This document shows, in pieces, positions 35,865 through 48,734 of a stretch of 64,000 bases of DNA. How positions within the stretch are numbered: the stretch's first letter is position 1; every line of letters starts with the position of its first letter. Both the position numbers and the translations under genes were made by a program. Origin of the DNA: Mobula hypostoma (Eukaryota); NCBI RefSeq assembly GCF_963921235.1, contig NC_086118.1:14014001-14078000 (forward strand). Direction: 5' to 3'. Below the pieces are notes generated by a model. That model was not told the DNA's origin. It saw only the letters and a list, made by a program, of their open reading frames with translations, and did no database searches.

Positions 35865-37890
35865 AGGGAAATGTACTATGGACATGTGGTCAATGTTTAG
35901 GGATCTCCGACAGGATGATAGGGATAAATTTGTCCTGGTGAGGAAGATAAAGAATGGTAGGGTGAAGGAACCAGTGGTGACAAGTGAGGTGGAAAATCTA
36001 GTCAGGTGGAAGAAGGCATCATACATGAGGTTTAGGAAGCAAGGATCAGATGGGTCTGTTGAGGAATATAGGGAAGCAAGAAAGGAGCTTAAGAAGGGGC
36101 TGAGAAGAGCAAGAAGGGGGCATGAGAAGCCCTTGGCGAGTAGGGTAAAAGAAACCCCAAGGTATTCTTCAATTATGTGAAGAACAAAAGGATGATAGGA
36201 GTGAAGATAGGACCAATTAGAGATAAAGATGGGAAGATGTGCCTGGAGGCTGTGGAAGTGAGCGAGGTCCTCAATGAATACCTCTCTTCAGTATTCACCA
36301 ATGAGAGGGAACTTGATAATGGTGAGGACAATATGAGTGAGGTTGATGTTCTGGAGCATGTTGATATTAAGGGACAGGAGGTGTTGGAGTTGTTAAAATA
36401 CATTAGGATGGACAAGTCCCCGGGGCCTGATGGAATATTCCCCAGGCTGTTCCATGAGGCAAGGGAAGAGATTGCTGAGCCTCTGGTTAGGATCTTTATG
36501 TCCTTGTTGTCCACGGAAATGGTACTGGAGGATTGGAGGGAGGTGAATGTTGTCCCCTTGTTCAAAAATGGTAGTAGGGATAGACTGGGTAATTATAGAC
36601 CAGTGAGCCTTACGTCTGTGGTGGGAAAGCTATTGGAAAAGATTCTTAGAGATAGGATCTATGGGCATTTAGAGAATTATGGTCTGATCAGGGGCAGTCA
36701 GCATGGCTTTGTGAAGAGCAGATCGTGTCTAACAAGCCTGATAGAGTTCTTTTGGGGGGTGACCAGGCATATAGATGAGGTTAGTGCAGTGGATGTGATC
36801 TACATGGATTTTAGTAAGGCATTTGACAAGGTTCCACACGGTGGGCTTATTCAGAAAGTCAAAAGGCATGGGATCCAGGGAAGTTTGGGCAGGTGGATTC
36901 AGAATTGGCTTGCCAGCAGAAAGCAGAGGGTTGGGTTGGTGGAGGGAGTACATTTGGATTGGAGGGTTGTGACTAGTGGTGTCCCACAAGGATCGGTTCT
37001 GGGACCTCCACTTTTTGTGGTTTTTATTAACGACCTGGATGTAGGGGTAGAAGGGTGGGTCGGCAAGTTTGCAGACGACACAAAGGTTGGTGGTGTTGTG
37101 GATGGTGTAGAGGATTGTCAAAGATTGCAGAGAGACATTGATAGGATGCAGAAGTGGGCTGAGAAGAGGCAGATGGAGTTCAACCCGGAGAAGTGTGAGG
37201 TGGTACACTTTAGAAGGACAAACTCCAAGGCAGAGTACAAAGCAAATGGCAGGATACTTAGTAGTGTAGAGGAGCAGAGGGATCTGGGGGTACATGTCCA
37301 CAGATCCCTGAAAGTTCCCTCACAGGTAGATAGGGTAGTTAAGAAAGCTTATGAAGTGTAAGCCTTCATAAGTCGAGGGATAGAGTTTAAGAGTCGCGAT
37401 GTAATGATGCAGCTCTATAAAACTCTGGTTAGGCCACACTTGGAGTACTGTGTCCAGTTCTGGTCGCCTCACTATAGGAAGAATGTGGAAGCATTGGAAA
37501 GGGTACAGAGGAGATTAGGAGGATGAGAGGAGACATGATAGAGATATACAAGATATTAAGAGGAATAGATAGAGCGGATAGCCAGCGCCTCTTCCCCAGG
37601 GCACCACTGCTCAGTATAAGAAGACATGGCTTTAAGGTAAGGGGTGGGAAGTTCAAGGGGGATATTAGAGGAAGGTTTTTTATTGAGAGAGTGGTTGGTG
37701 CGTGGAATGCACTACCTGAGTCAGTGGTGGAGGCAGATACACTAGTGAAATTTAAGAGACTACTAGACATGTGTATGGAGGAATTCAAGGTGGTGGGGGG
37801 TTATATGGGAGGCAGGGTTTAAGGGTCGGCACAACATTATGGGCCAAATGGCCTGTACTGTGCTGTGCTATTCTATGTTCTAAGTTCTAT
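35865..37890 (+). mobile_element. CR1 (HER1-like) LINE with a 394-aa uninterrupted RT stretch (36177-37361)
   Basis: Full RT motif set (DKSPGPDG, NYRPVSLTS, YMDFSKAFDKVPH, GVPQGSVLGP, KFADDTK) and an (ttctatg)n tail. 5'-truncated, with a premature stop and an internal deletion. Confidence 0.96.
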
Positions 37891-37894
37891 ATGT

Positions 37895-38665
37895 TAATAA
37901 TACTTATACTTTATTGTTGCCAAACAATTGATACAAGAACATACAATCATCACAGCAATATTTGATTCTGCGCTTCCCACTCTCTGGATTACAAATTGAT
38001 AGTAAATATTAAAAATTTAAATTATAAATCATAAATAGAAAAATGGAAAGTAAGGTAGTGCAAAAAGAACCGAGAGGCAGGTCCGGATATTTGGAGGGTA
38101 CGGCCCAGATCCGGGTCAGGATCCGTTCAGCAGCCTTATCACAGTTGGAAAGAAGCTGTTCCCAAATCTGGCCGTATGAGTCTTCAAGCTCCTGAGCCTT
38201 CTTCCAGAGGAAAGAGGGATGAAGAGTATGTTGGCTGGGTGGGTCATGTCCTTGATTAACCTGGCAGCACTGCTCCGACAGCATGCGGTGTAAAGTGAGT
38301 CCAAGGACGGAAGATTGGTTTGTGATGGGCTGCGCCATGTTCACGATCTTCTGCAGCTTCTTCCGGTCTTGAAAGGGACAACCTCCATACCAGGTTGTGA
38401 TGCACCCTAGAAGAATGCTTTCCACAGTGCATCTATAAAAATTAGTGAGGGTTTTAGGGGACAGGCCAAATTTCTTTAGTTTTCTCAGGAAGTAAAAGCG
38501 CTGGTGGGCTTCTTGGCAGTGGACTCTGCTTGGTTGGACCAAGTCAGGTCATTTGTGATATTGACCCCGAGGAACTTAAAGCTTTTGATCTTGTGCACCA
38601 CCGATGTAAATTGGGTCATGCGGTCTGCTACTCCTTCTGAAGTCAACAATCAATTCCTTCGTCTA
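37895..38665 (-). mobile_element. Rex1/Babar-type LINE 3' part
   Basis: QRFYFLRKLKKFGLSPKTLTNFYRCTVESIL. Closely similar to 28770-29300. Confidence 0.92.
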
Positions 38666-38824
38666 GCGTCACAATTTAGATAGGATACTCTGTTTTGCCT
38701 TATCAACACATTAACTAAAGCAACAGGAGTCAGAGGAAGAAACAAATAGATTGATAATTGATTTAATGACCATTTTTAGATTATTTACACATTGTCTGCA
38801 GCAAGTTGCGTCCTGAGAGAATGC

Positions 38825-39110
38825 AAAGTCAAAAAGTCAAAGCAAAATCATATTTATTGTCGTGTGCAATGAAAAACTTACTTACAACAGCATTACAGGC
38901 ACGTAGCATCAGATAAGCAGTATTGACAAGAAAAACATAAATTAAACCTAAGTTACACACAATTTCTACAAGAGAGAACAGAATTAGAACATAACAAGTC
39001 AATTTTAGTGCAAAGTGATCAAAGTAGTCACTGTGTCGCTATGCTGTAGTGATTGTGCAGGTTGGTTCAAACACCAAATGGTTGAAGGGGAGTGTTCTGT
39101 TCTTCAGCCT
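38825..39110 (-). mobile_element. LINE 3' UTR fragment (Rex-type)
   Basis: (aaagtc)n tail, tttattgtc polyA signal on minus, and Rex-like terminal coding remnant. Confidence 0.55.
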
Positions 39111-40067
39111 GCTCTTATTTTCTGGTGACCCAGTCTACCAACCAGGACCTGGGCATCTTGTTTGTCAGTGAACACCATTTGGCATTCTGTTTGATTGCTT
39201 CCTCCCAACATGGTGATGGCTTCTTGAATTTTCCACGGTAAGGGTTCTATGTAAACATAAATTAATATTGCCAGAGAGAGATGTAATTCAACAAACTAAT
39301 TTACAAAGGGGGTTGTAAATACTGCAGTTGTAAACATGCTTCAAGATGCAGACTGCACATAAAATGAAGAAAATTACAACTCCAGCAAGGAAATTCACAT
39401 AGTGTTTATATAAAATTAATGGTAACCTTAATAGAAGTCAGAATGTTGATTCCAAGAGGGTCAGTTTATTTTCCTTAAATAAATCTGAACTTTATATGAA
39501 ACCTAAGAAAAATTTTGGTGACATTTTTAAATGAGCTATCTATCACTCAAAACTTTAAGCACAGAAGGCAGCCTTCAGCATTTTTGACTCTCAGTGGATT
39601 TTTGCTTTAGCTTTAAATTTTTCACAGTTTCTTTTTGGTCCCTTTTTAGAGCAGTGATTCTTTCAGCATCTGTTATGTTGTATTCTACATTCTATCATTC
39701 CACGTCCCATCTAGCCCTACCGACATGAAGATTTGTGTGAATCAACTGCTTATTCTGATGGAATGGCCAAGATGGTGTCTTCAACTCACAAATGGAAGGA
39801 AAGATCCCTCTTAGTTTTATCTAAAAAAATGCTTTTGGCCATTTTGAACACTTACATCAAGTCTCAATTAATCAAATGTTACTGTCCTTCTTTATTCCGT
39901 ACCTGCTTCTGACATCTGAAGGATGTCTGTGAATTCTTCAGTTTGTCCACCATTGCAATGCAGTTTCGTGAGAATTCCCTGCTGCATTTTCCTGTCAGTC
40001 TGGGTGAGGCTCATACAACATCACTCCACCCGCCTTTGTACTTCATACAATATCGTTCTGTCTGCTC

Positions 40068-41150
40068 ATGAGAGACACAGCCTGGAAACAGGCCTTTTAG
40101 CCTTGCCAACTATCAGTCACCCATTTACACTCATCTGAGATTAGTCCCATTTCTTTTCTTTCCACATTCTTCTCAAATCCCCTCAGCTATTATCACCCAC
40201 CTAAACAGGGTAATTTAACGTGGACAATTAATCTACCTGCCCACAGACTTATAGGATGTGGGAGTAAATCGGGCATCCAGAGGTTTGCCATGTATTCACG
40301 GGTAGGAGGTGCAAACTCGAGGCGGACAAGTATCAAAAGTCAAGGTTGGGTCCTTGCATTCCCTTCATATTCATGTGTCTTAAATTCCACCAGAAGGCTC
40401 ATTTCCACTGTTACCCTAGTAACCTATTCCAGGCAACTACCGCTCTCCGTGTTAAAAAAAAAAATTGCCACATATGTCACCTTTAAACTTCTCACCCCCA
40501 CCCCAACCCCACAATAGTAAAAGCATGCCCTCCTATGTTTCAAATTTCTACCCTGGGGAAATTAAAAATGGACAATCTGCTCCGTCTATGCCTCTCATAA
40601 TTTAAAAAACCTCAGTCAAGCCTCCCTTCAGCCTCTGATGCTCCAGAACTTGTCGAACCTTTCTTTAAAGCTTATATTTTCTAATCCTGGTAAAACCTCT
40701 TCTGCACCCTCTCTACAGTCTCCACATCCTTTCCACAATGGGGCAATATGTGATACTCCTAGTACCATCTTACTAAACTTTATATAACTGCAGCGTGATT
40801 TGCTAACTGTTTCACTCCACACCCTTACCAATGAAAGCAGGGAGGCCATACACATTCTTTATCAACTTAAAGAAAGTAAGAATGATTAGCTTTATTTGTT
40901 ACACGTACATCGAGACATACAGTGAAATGTGTCCTTTGCATCAAATCAAATCAGCAAGGATTATGCTGGATAGGCCATGCCCACATAGGATGTCCGCAAC
41001 TCACTAAACATAACTGTACGCTTCTAAAGTGTGGGAGGAAACCAGAGCACCTGGTGGAAACCCACATGGTCACAGGGAGAAAGTCCAAACTCCTCACAGA
41101 CAGCAGTGAGAGTTCAACCCCAACATTACAGCTAGCACTATAAAGAATTG
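40068..41150 (-). mobile_element. Cluster: SINE (40068-40360), CR1 3' fragment (40360-40870), SINE (40875-41150)
   Basis: SINE cores (tgtgggaggaaaccagagcacc) and CR1 terminal segments, all on the minus strand. Confidence 0.7.
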
Positions 41151-41154
41151 CACT

Positions 41155-42415
41155 AGTATATTTCAGTAAACTATGGACTGGTCTCAAGATTCCTCTGTCC
41201 CTTAATGCTATTAAGGAGTCTACAAATAATTGTATGTTTTCTCCTTTTTCATTTGACTGCCAGAAGTGCAACAGTTTACACCTGTCTGGATTAAACTCCA
41301 TCTGCCGCTTTTCTACCCATATCTGAACAGATCTGTACTCTCTTATAGTCCTTTAAACAGTTCACAGCTCCACCAATCTTGGCATCATCCACAAACTTGC
41401 TCATCTCCCATCTATATTTTCATCAAAATCAGTGATATGTATCACAAGCAAAACAGACACCAGCACTGATCTTAGCAGAACACCACTGGTCATGGACCTC
41501 CCACCAGAAAAACAGCCTTCCATCATTACTCTGTGATGAAAAATGCACATGGACTGGAGGTTCTTGATCTGTTTGCATATCTGACTGTACATTGTATCTG
41601 ACTGTAGATGTATGAATACAAAACAATTATGTATACAATTTTAGTGTTTGGGCAATATCCTTTCACATTTCCCTTCCTTATTGCTTGTACATAGCGATGG
41701 AGACGCAACCTAAAGATTTCTACCCCCTCATGTTGTGAGATAGGTATAAGAAATAAAATTCTAATTCTAATTTTAATTCAATGGACAAGCCAATTCTAAA
41801 TCCATACTTACAATTTCCACTGGATCCCACGCATACTTATCTCCTGGATCAAGATATCATGAGGGACCCATTAAATATCTTACTAAAATCCATCTAGATG
41901 ACATCCACGTCCTCACTCTCATCAAACTCCCTTGTCATCACCTCCAAAAAAACTTGATCATATTTGTAAGGCATAACCAACTCTGCACAAAGCCGTACCA
42001 ACTGTCCCTAAGCAAGCCATGGTTATATAAATTTGCGTAAATCAATCCCTCAGTATCTACTCCAGTAGTTTCCCTCCCACTGACATGTGGCTTATTGATC
42101 TATAGATACCCGAATTATCCCTATTCCCTTTCTCGAACAAAGGCAAACAAAATTGCTATCTTCCATTCCATTGGTCCTTGCCTATTCCTAATCAAGACAC
42201 AAAGATCTTTGTCAAAGCCCCGGCAATCTCCTCACTTGCTTCTTTCAATGTTCTGGGATATATGTCATCAAGTCCTGGGGACTTACCCACCTTAATGCTT
42301 TTGTGAAGATCCAGCACCATCGCCATCTCAAAGTATCCCAGAACATTAGGATGTTCTACTCTGCACTATACTCCCAGATTTTCTCCTCAGTAAATATGGA
42401 CACAATGTACATACT
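41155..42415 (-). mobile_element. Old CR1 LINE RT fragment with a plus-strand LINE tail inserted at about 41540-41780; continues at about 44110-44400
   Basis: MEFNPDRCKLLHF, SGVLLRSVL and GKSPGLD-like segments. The insert ends aataaa(attcta)n. Confidence 0.8.
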
Positions 42416-42419
42416 TATG

Positions 42420-44110
42420 TACACACTTCACTGAGGAAGACATCAGCAGTATACCGGACACTCAAGCGTGTCAGGGAAAAGATGTGTGCACAGTCACAAT
42501 TACGACAGAGAAAGTACTCAGAAAGCTGAATAGTCTAAGGGTTGATAAATCTCCCGGACCAGATGGAACACATCCTCATGTTCTGAAGGAAGAAGTTGTG
42601 GAGATTGTGAAGGCATTAGCAATGATCTTTCAAAAGTCAATAGATTCTGGCATGGTTCCGGAGGACTGGGAGATTGCAAACGTCACTCTGTTATTTAAGA
42701 AGGGAGCAAGGAAGCAAAAAGGAAATTATAGACCAGTTAGCATGATATCGATGGTTGGGAAGTTGTTGGAGTCGATTGCGGAGTACCTGGAAGCATATGA
42801 CAAGATAGGCAGAACTCAGCATGGTTTCCTTAAAGGAAAATCCTGCCTGACAAACCTATTGCAATTTTTTGAGGAAATTTCAAGTAGGCTGGACAAGGGA
42901 GATGGAGTGGATGTTGTGTATTTGGATTTTCAGAAGGCCTTTGACAAGATGCCGCACATGAGGCTGCTAAAGAAGATGAGAGCCCATGGAATTACGGGAA
43001 AGTTACATACGTTGATAGAGCATTGGCTGATTGGCAGGAAACAGAGTGGGAATAAAGGGTTCCCATTCTGGTTGGCTGCCGGTTACCAGTGGTATTCCAC
43101 AGGGGTCCGTGTTGGGGCCGCTTCTTTTTACTTTGTACATCAACGATTTGGATTATGGAATAGATGGCTTTGTGGCTAAGTTTGCTGATGATACAAAGAT
43201 AGGTGGAGGGGTTGGTAGTGCTGAGGAAACAGAGAGTCTGCAGAGAGACTTGGATAGATTGGGAGAATGGGCAAAGAAGTGGCAAATGAAATACAGTGTT
43301 GGAGAGTGTATAGTTATGCATTTTGGTAGAAGAAACAAATGGGCAGACTATTGTTTAAATGGGGAGAGAATTCAAAGTTCTGAGATGCAACGGCACTTGG
43401 GAGTCCTCGTGCAGGATACCCTTAAGGTTAACCTCCAGTTTGAGTCGGTGGTGAAGAAGGCGAATGCAATGTTGGCATTCATTTCTAGAGGAATAGAGTA
43501 TAGGAGCAGGGATGTGATGTTGAGGCTCTATAAGGCGCTGGTAAGACCCCACTTGGAGTACTGTGTGCAGTTTTGGGCTCCTTATTTAAGAAAGGGTGTG
43601 CTGGTGTTGGAGAGGGTTCAGAGAAGATTCACTAGAATGATTCCGGGAATGAGAGGGTTAACATATGAGGAACGTTTGACCGCTCTTGGTCTGTACTCCT
43701 TGGAGTTTAGAAGAATGAGGGGGGACCTCATAGAAACATTTCGAATGTTGAAAGGCATGGACAGAATGGAAGTGGCAAAGTTGTTTCCCATGGTGGGGGA
43801 GTCTAGTACAAGAGGACATGACTTAAAGATTGAAGGGCACCCAGTCAGAACAGAGGTGCAAAGAAATTTTTTCAGCCGGAGGGTGGGGAATCTGTGAAAT
43901 TTGTTACCATGGGTGGCAGTGGAGGCCAAGTCATTGGGTGTATTTAAGGCAGAGATTGATAGGTTTCTGAGTAGCCAGGGCATCAAAGGTTATGGTGAGA
44001 AGGCGGGGGAGCGGGACTAAATGGGAAATTGGATCAGCTCATGATAGAATGGCAGAGCAGACTCGATGGGCTGAATGGCTGACTTCTGTTCCTTTGTCTT
44101 GTGGTCTTAT
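42420..44110 (+). mobile_element. CR1 LINE ORF2 fragment plus 3' UTR
   Basis: Two frameshifted ORFs (42484-43179, 43031-43897) carry all RT motifs. Confidence 0.96.
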
Positions 44111-44977
44111 GACCTCAACCACTTGCTCTGAGTCCAAGAAGAGGGTCCTCTTTTATCTTTGAGTGGACCTATCTTCGCCTTACCATTTTCTTGATGTAAG
44201 CATGAAATGTTTTGAGATTCTCCTTGATCTTTATTGCCAGTGATATTCCATGGCCATTTTTGACCTTCCTAGTTGCCTGCCTGAGCACGTCCTTGCTATC
44301 ATAGAAACATCCCGCCTGATCTTGGCTTCTTGAACCTTGCTTTATCTTTATTCCAGTCTGAACTATAATTATCATGGTGTCCAGAGTTACAGAATCATTC
44401 TTTACAACCATAAGTGTCGCACCCAGTTTTACTCTAACCATCTGTGAGAATTTCACACAGTATCATTTTGTTCACCTCTGAATCTCATACAGGATTGTGC
44501 CTCCATTTACAGTCACAGGTATTATCAGTAAGATCCATAACACAACCAGTCACTTGAAAAAGTTTTTTCCTGATCACCATCGGTTCTTTACCCAATTTCC
44601 TTCATTCTTGTCTCCGGGCTTTTGACCGTTCCACCAATATAAACAGTTTCTCTGCATTTGCTCTGTCCTTAATATTCATGATTTCAAATCTCAGCTCCTC
44701 CATTCATTGTACACAACTAATGTTCCTCATCTCTACAATTATTTGTAAAATCTCTTCTATACTGGTTCCAAAGTGTTTATATATGTTTGTAAACTTGTGA
44801 TGCACAGACTTGGACACTACTTGTGGTTGAAACACCTTTTATGGAGGTTCATCATGACTTCCTTGTTCTTACACTGTGGACCTCTAGGAAACCTGAAAGA
44901 GCTAAATTAAAAAAGACCAACACCCAATTCGCAGAGAAAGAGAAAAAAAAACACAAATTGTGCAAACATTAGAAGCG

Positions 44978-46068
44978 AGCTCTCACTCCATCCTCCCACC
45001 ACCCCACTAGGAATAGGGTTCCCCTGGTCCTCACCTACCACCCCACCAGCCTCCGGGTCCAACATATTAGTCTCCGTAACTTCCGCCACCTCCAACGGGA
45101 TCCCACCACTAAGCACATCTTTCCCTCCCCCCATCTCTCTGCTTTCCACAGGGATCGCTCCCTACACAACTCCCTTGTCCATCCGTTCCCCCCCCATCCC
45201 TCTCCACTGATCTCCCTCCTGGCACTTATCCTTGTAAGCGGAACAAGTGCTACGCATGCCCTTACACTTCCTCCCTTACCACCACTCAGGGCCCCAGACA
45301 GTCCTTTCAGGTGAGGCGACACTTCACCTGTGAGTCGGCTGGGGTGATATACTGCGTCCGGTGCTCTCGATGTGACCTTCTATATATTGGCAAGACCCGA
45401 CGCAGACTGAGAGACCGCTTTGCTGAACACCTACGCTCTGTCCGCCAGAGAAAGCAGGATCTCCCAGTGGCCACACGTTTAAATTGCACATCCCATTCCC
45501 ATTCTGGTATGTCTATCCACGGCCTCCTCTACTGTAAAGATGAAGCCACACTCAGGTTGGAGGAACAACACCTTATATTCTGTCTGGGTAGCCTCCAACA
45601 TGATGGCATGAACATTGACTTCTCTAACTTCCGTTAATGCCCCACCTCCCCCTTGTACCCCATCCGTTATTTATTTTTATACACACATTCTTTCTCTCTC
45701 TCTCCTTTTTCTCCCTCTGTCCCTCTAACTATACCCCTTGACCATCCTCTGGTTCCCCCCCCACCTTGTCTTTCTTCCCGGACCTCCTGTCCCATGATCC
45801 TCTCATATCCCCTTTGCCAATCACCTGTCCAGCTCTTGGCTCCATCCCTCCCCCTCCTGTCTTCTCCTATCATTATGGATCTCCCCCTCCCCCTCCAACT
45901 TTCAAATCCCTTACTCACTCTTCCTTCAGTTAATCCTGACGAAGGGTCTCGGCCTGAAACGTCGACTGTCCCTCTTCCTTGAGATGCTGCCTGGCCTGCT
46001 GCGTTCACCAGCAACTTTGATGTGTGTTGCTTGAATTTCCAGCATCTGCAGAATTCCTGTTGTTTGCG
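44978..46068 (+). mobile_element. Penelope-like element (Neptune-type), 5'-truncated
   Basis: RVPLVLTYHP...AFHRDRSL, Cys-rich linker GTYPCKRNKCYAC, GIY-YIG (VIYCVRCSRCDLLYIGKTRRRLRDRFAEH), stop at 45635-45637, then a terminus with a hammerhead. Confidence 0.93.
45932..45967 (+). ncRNA. Minimal type I hammerhead ribozyme motif with intact GAA-ACGU-C
   Basis: aatc-CTGACGA-a-ggg-tctcgg-cct-GAAACGTC-gact. Predicted cleavage after C45963. Confidence 0.8.
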
Positions 46069-46199
46069 AATCTTCAAATCTGAATGTCTTTGGAATGTGG
46101 GAGAAAACACACACAATCACAGGACAAACATGCAAACTGCACACAGACATCACCAGAGCCCTGATCATTAGACTATGAGGCAGCAACTCTTCCATCGGT

Positions 46200-48482
46200 A
46201 CCACTGAGCCATAGCTTGATATGGCAATTACCCTGCATGTGACCGCAAGAAACTGCAGAGAGTCGTGGACACAGCTCAGCACGTCACCGAAATCAGACTC
46301 CCCTCTATGAGTACTGTCTGTACTCGCTGTCTCAGTAAAGAGCCAATGAATTCAAAGACCCCTCCACCAAAAACATTCTTTCTTCTCCCTTCTCCCATTG
46401 GGCAGAAAGTAGAAAAGCGTGGAAGCAGATACTAGGCTCAAGGACAGCTACTATTCCACTGTTAACAGACTCTTGTGTGATAAGTTGGATCATTGGCTTC
46501 ACAATCTACCTCATTATGATTCTCCACTTTATCATCTACCTGCTCTGATATTTTTCAGTAGCTTCCGCACTTTATTCTGCATGGTTATTGTTTTACCTTA
46601 TTCTAGCCCAATGCATGGTGTAATGATTTGATCTTTATGATCAGAAAGCAAGACAAGCTTTTCACTGTATTTTGGTACATGTGACAATATTAAACACCAG
46701 TACTGTGCTGTTTTATTTTTGTTTTGTGCATTTCCAGCTGATGAATCAAGGATTCTATTTGCCCTTTTTAGGCCCTTATTGACTATAAATTATGCTGCCA
46801 CAGTTTATGATCTAATCTTGTGAAAGCCTTCTCACAGACGAAGTGACAATTCCAGACTAAACTTGAATCAACGAAGGATGCTCAACAATCGTGGCAGGGC
46901 TTCAATAACTTATAAAGTTAAACTCATGTGACATACAACAGGGCTTCACTTTCAGATGAGGTCAATGCCTTCTACGCTCACTTTGACAGTCAAAACATGG
47001 AGAAACCATCACCCACTCTCACGGCCCCCAGTGATCCTGCAATTTCTGTCTCTGAGGGTGACATGTGAGCAGCCTACAGGGAGGTGAACCCACAAAAAGC
47101 ATCAGCCCAGATGGGGTACCTGGCCAAGTACCAAAGGTCTATGCTGGAGTGTTCACTGAGATCTTCAATCTCTCGTTCAGCAGTGTGAGGGACACACCTG
47201 CTGCAGGCATTCTTCATTTATAAGCAGATGACGAAGAAGAACATGGTAACCTGCCTCAATGACTATCAGCCGCAGTGATAAAGTGTTTTGAGAGGTTGGT
47301 GATGTAGCATATCAAACTCTGCCTGAGAAGAGACTTCGATCTGCTCAAATTTGCCTACTGGAGCAACAAGTCCATAGCAGATGCCATCTCACTGGCTCTT
47401 CACTCAACTCTGGAACATCTAGACAGCAAAGGTGCATACACCAGGATGCTCTTTATTGACCACAGCTCAACATTCAATGCCATTACCTCCTCAAGCTAAT
47501 CAATAAGCTTCAAGACCTTGGTCTCAGTATCGCTTTGTGCAACTGGATTTTCAATTTCCTCACATGCAGATTCCAGTCAGTTCAGATTGACATCTCCTTC
47601 ATAATCTCCATCAGCACAGGTGCACTATAAAGCTGGGTGCTTAAACCCCTTCTCTACTCGCTTAACACTTACGACCGTGCGGCTAAACACAGCTCCAATG
47701 ACATATTCAAGTTTGCTGACAATGCCACTGATGTAGGCTGAATCAAAGGTGGTGATGAATCAGCATACAGGAGGGAGATTGAAAATTTGGCTGGATGGTG
47801 CCATATAAACAATCTCTTACTCAATGCCAACCACTAGACCTAAAAGCTGATTATTGGCTTCAAGAGGAAGAAACCAGAGGTCCATGATCCAGTCCTCATC
47901 GGAGGATCAGAGGTGGAGAGGGTCAACAATTAAGTACCTTGGTGATAATATTTTGGAGGACGTGTCCTGGGCCCAGCATGTAAGTGAAATAACAAAGAAA
48001 GTATGGCAGTGCCTCTACTTCATCGTTAGTATCCCCCGCCACCCAGGACATGCTCTCTTCTTGCTATTGCCATCAGGAAGAAGGTACAGGAGCCTCAGGA
48101 CACACACCACCCGGTTCAGGAACAGTTATACTCTTCAACTATCAGGCTCTTGAACCAAAGGGAATAGCTTCACCCGCCCCATCATTGTAATGTTCCCATA
48201 ACCTATGGACTCACTTTCAAGGACTTTTCATCACATGTTGTTGACATTTGTAGTATAATTATTTATGATTATTATTTCTTTCTTTTTGTATTCACACTGT
48301 TTGCTGTCTTTTGCAGACTGGTTGAACACGCAAGTTGGCGTGATCTTTCATTGATTCTGTTATAGTTATTATTCTATTTGAATTTATTGAGAATACCATA
48401 CCCACAAGAAACTGAATCTCAGGTTGTATATGATGATACATATATATACTAATATACTTTGATATTAATTTTACTTTGAAAT
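46200..48482 (+). mobile_element. Two degenerate Rex1/Babar-type LINE fragments (about 46200-46700 and 46820-48482)
   Basis: RT remnants (RMLFIDHSSTFN, FKFADN), HPGHALFLLLPSGRRYRSLRTHTTRFRNS, and tails. Confidence 0.85.
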
Positions 48483-48734
48483 TTATGATCTGTTTGTTCA
48501 TACTCACAGGACTGCATCTACATTTAAAATATTACCAATTAAGGTGCAATTTTTAATCCTATTTTTGCTTCCAATAAATGTTTTCATATTTCAGGTCATA
48601 GTTTGCAACTCATAGCAGCTTCAGGCAAAGTGAATGAATGTTATGAAAGGACCACAAGAGTGTTTTGAGGAAGTATGTAGGAAGTTGGAGCTTTACAGTG
48701 TGAAAACAAGAGGATTAAGAGGATCTCAGGGAAA

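Noticed and set aside
36177..37361. 394-aa ORF as a host gene or active LINE
   Set aside because: It is a CR1 RT fragment that lacks the endonuclease, stops prematurely and has a downstream deletion.
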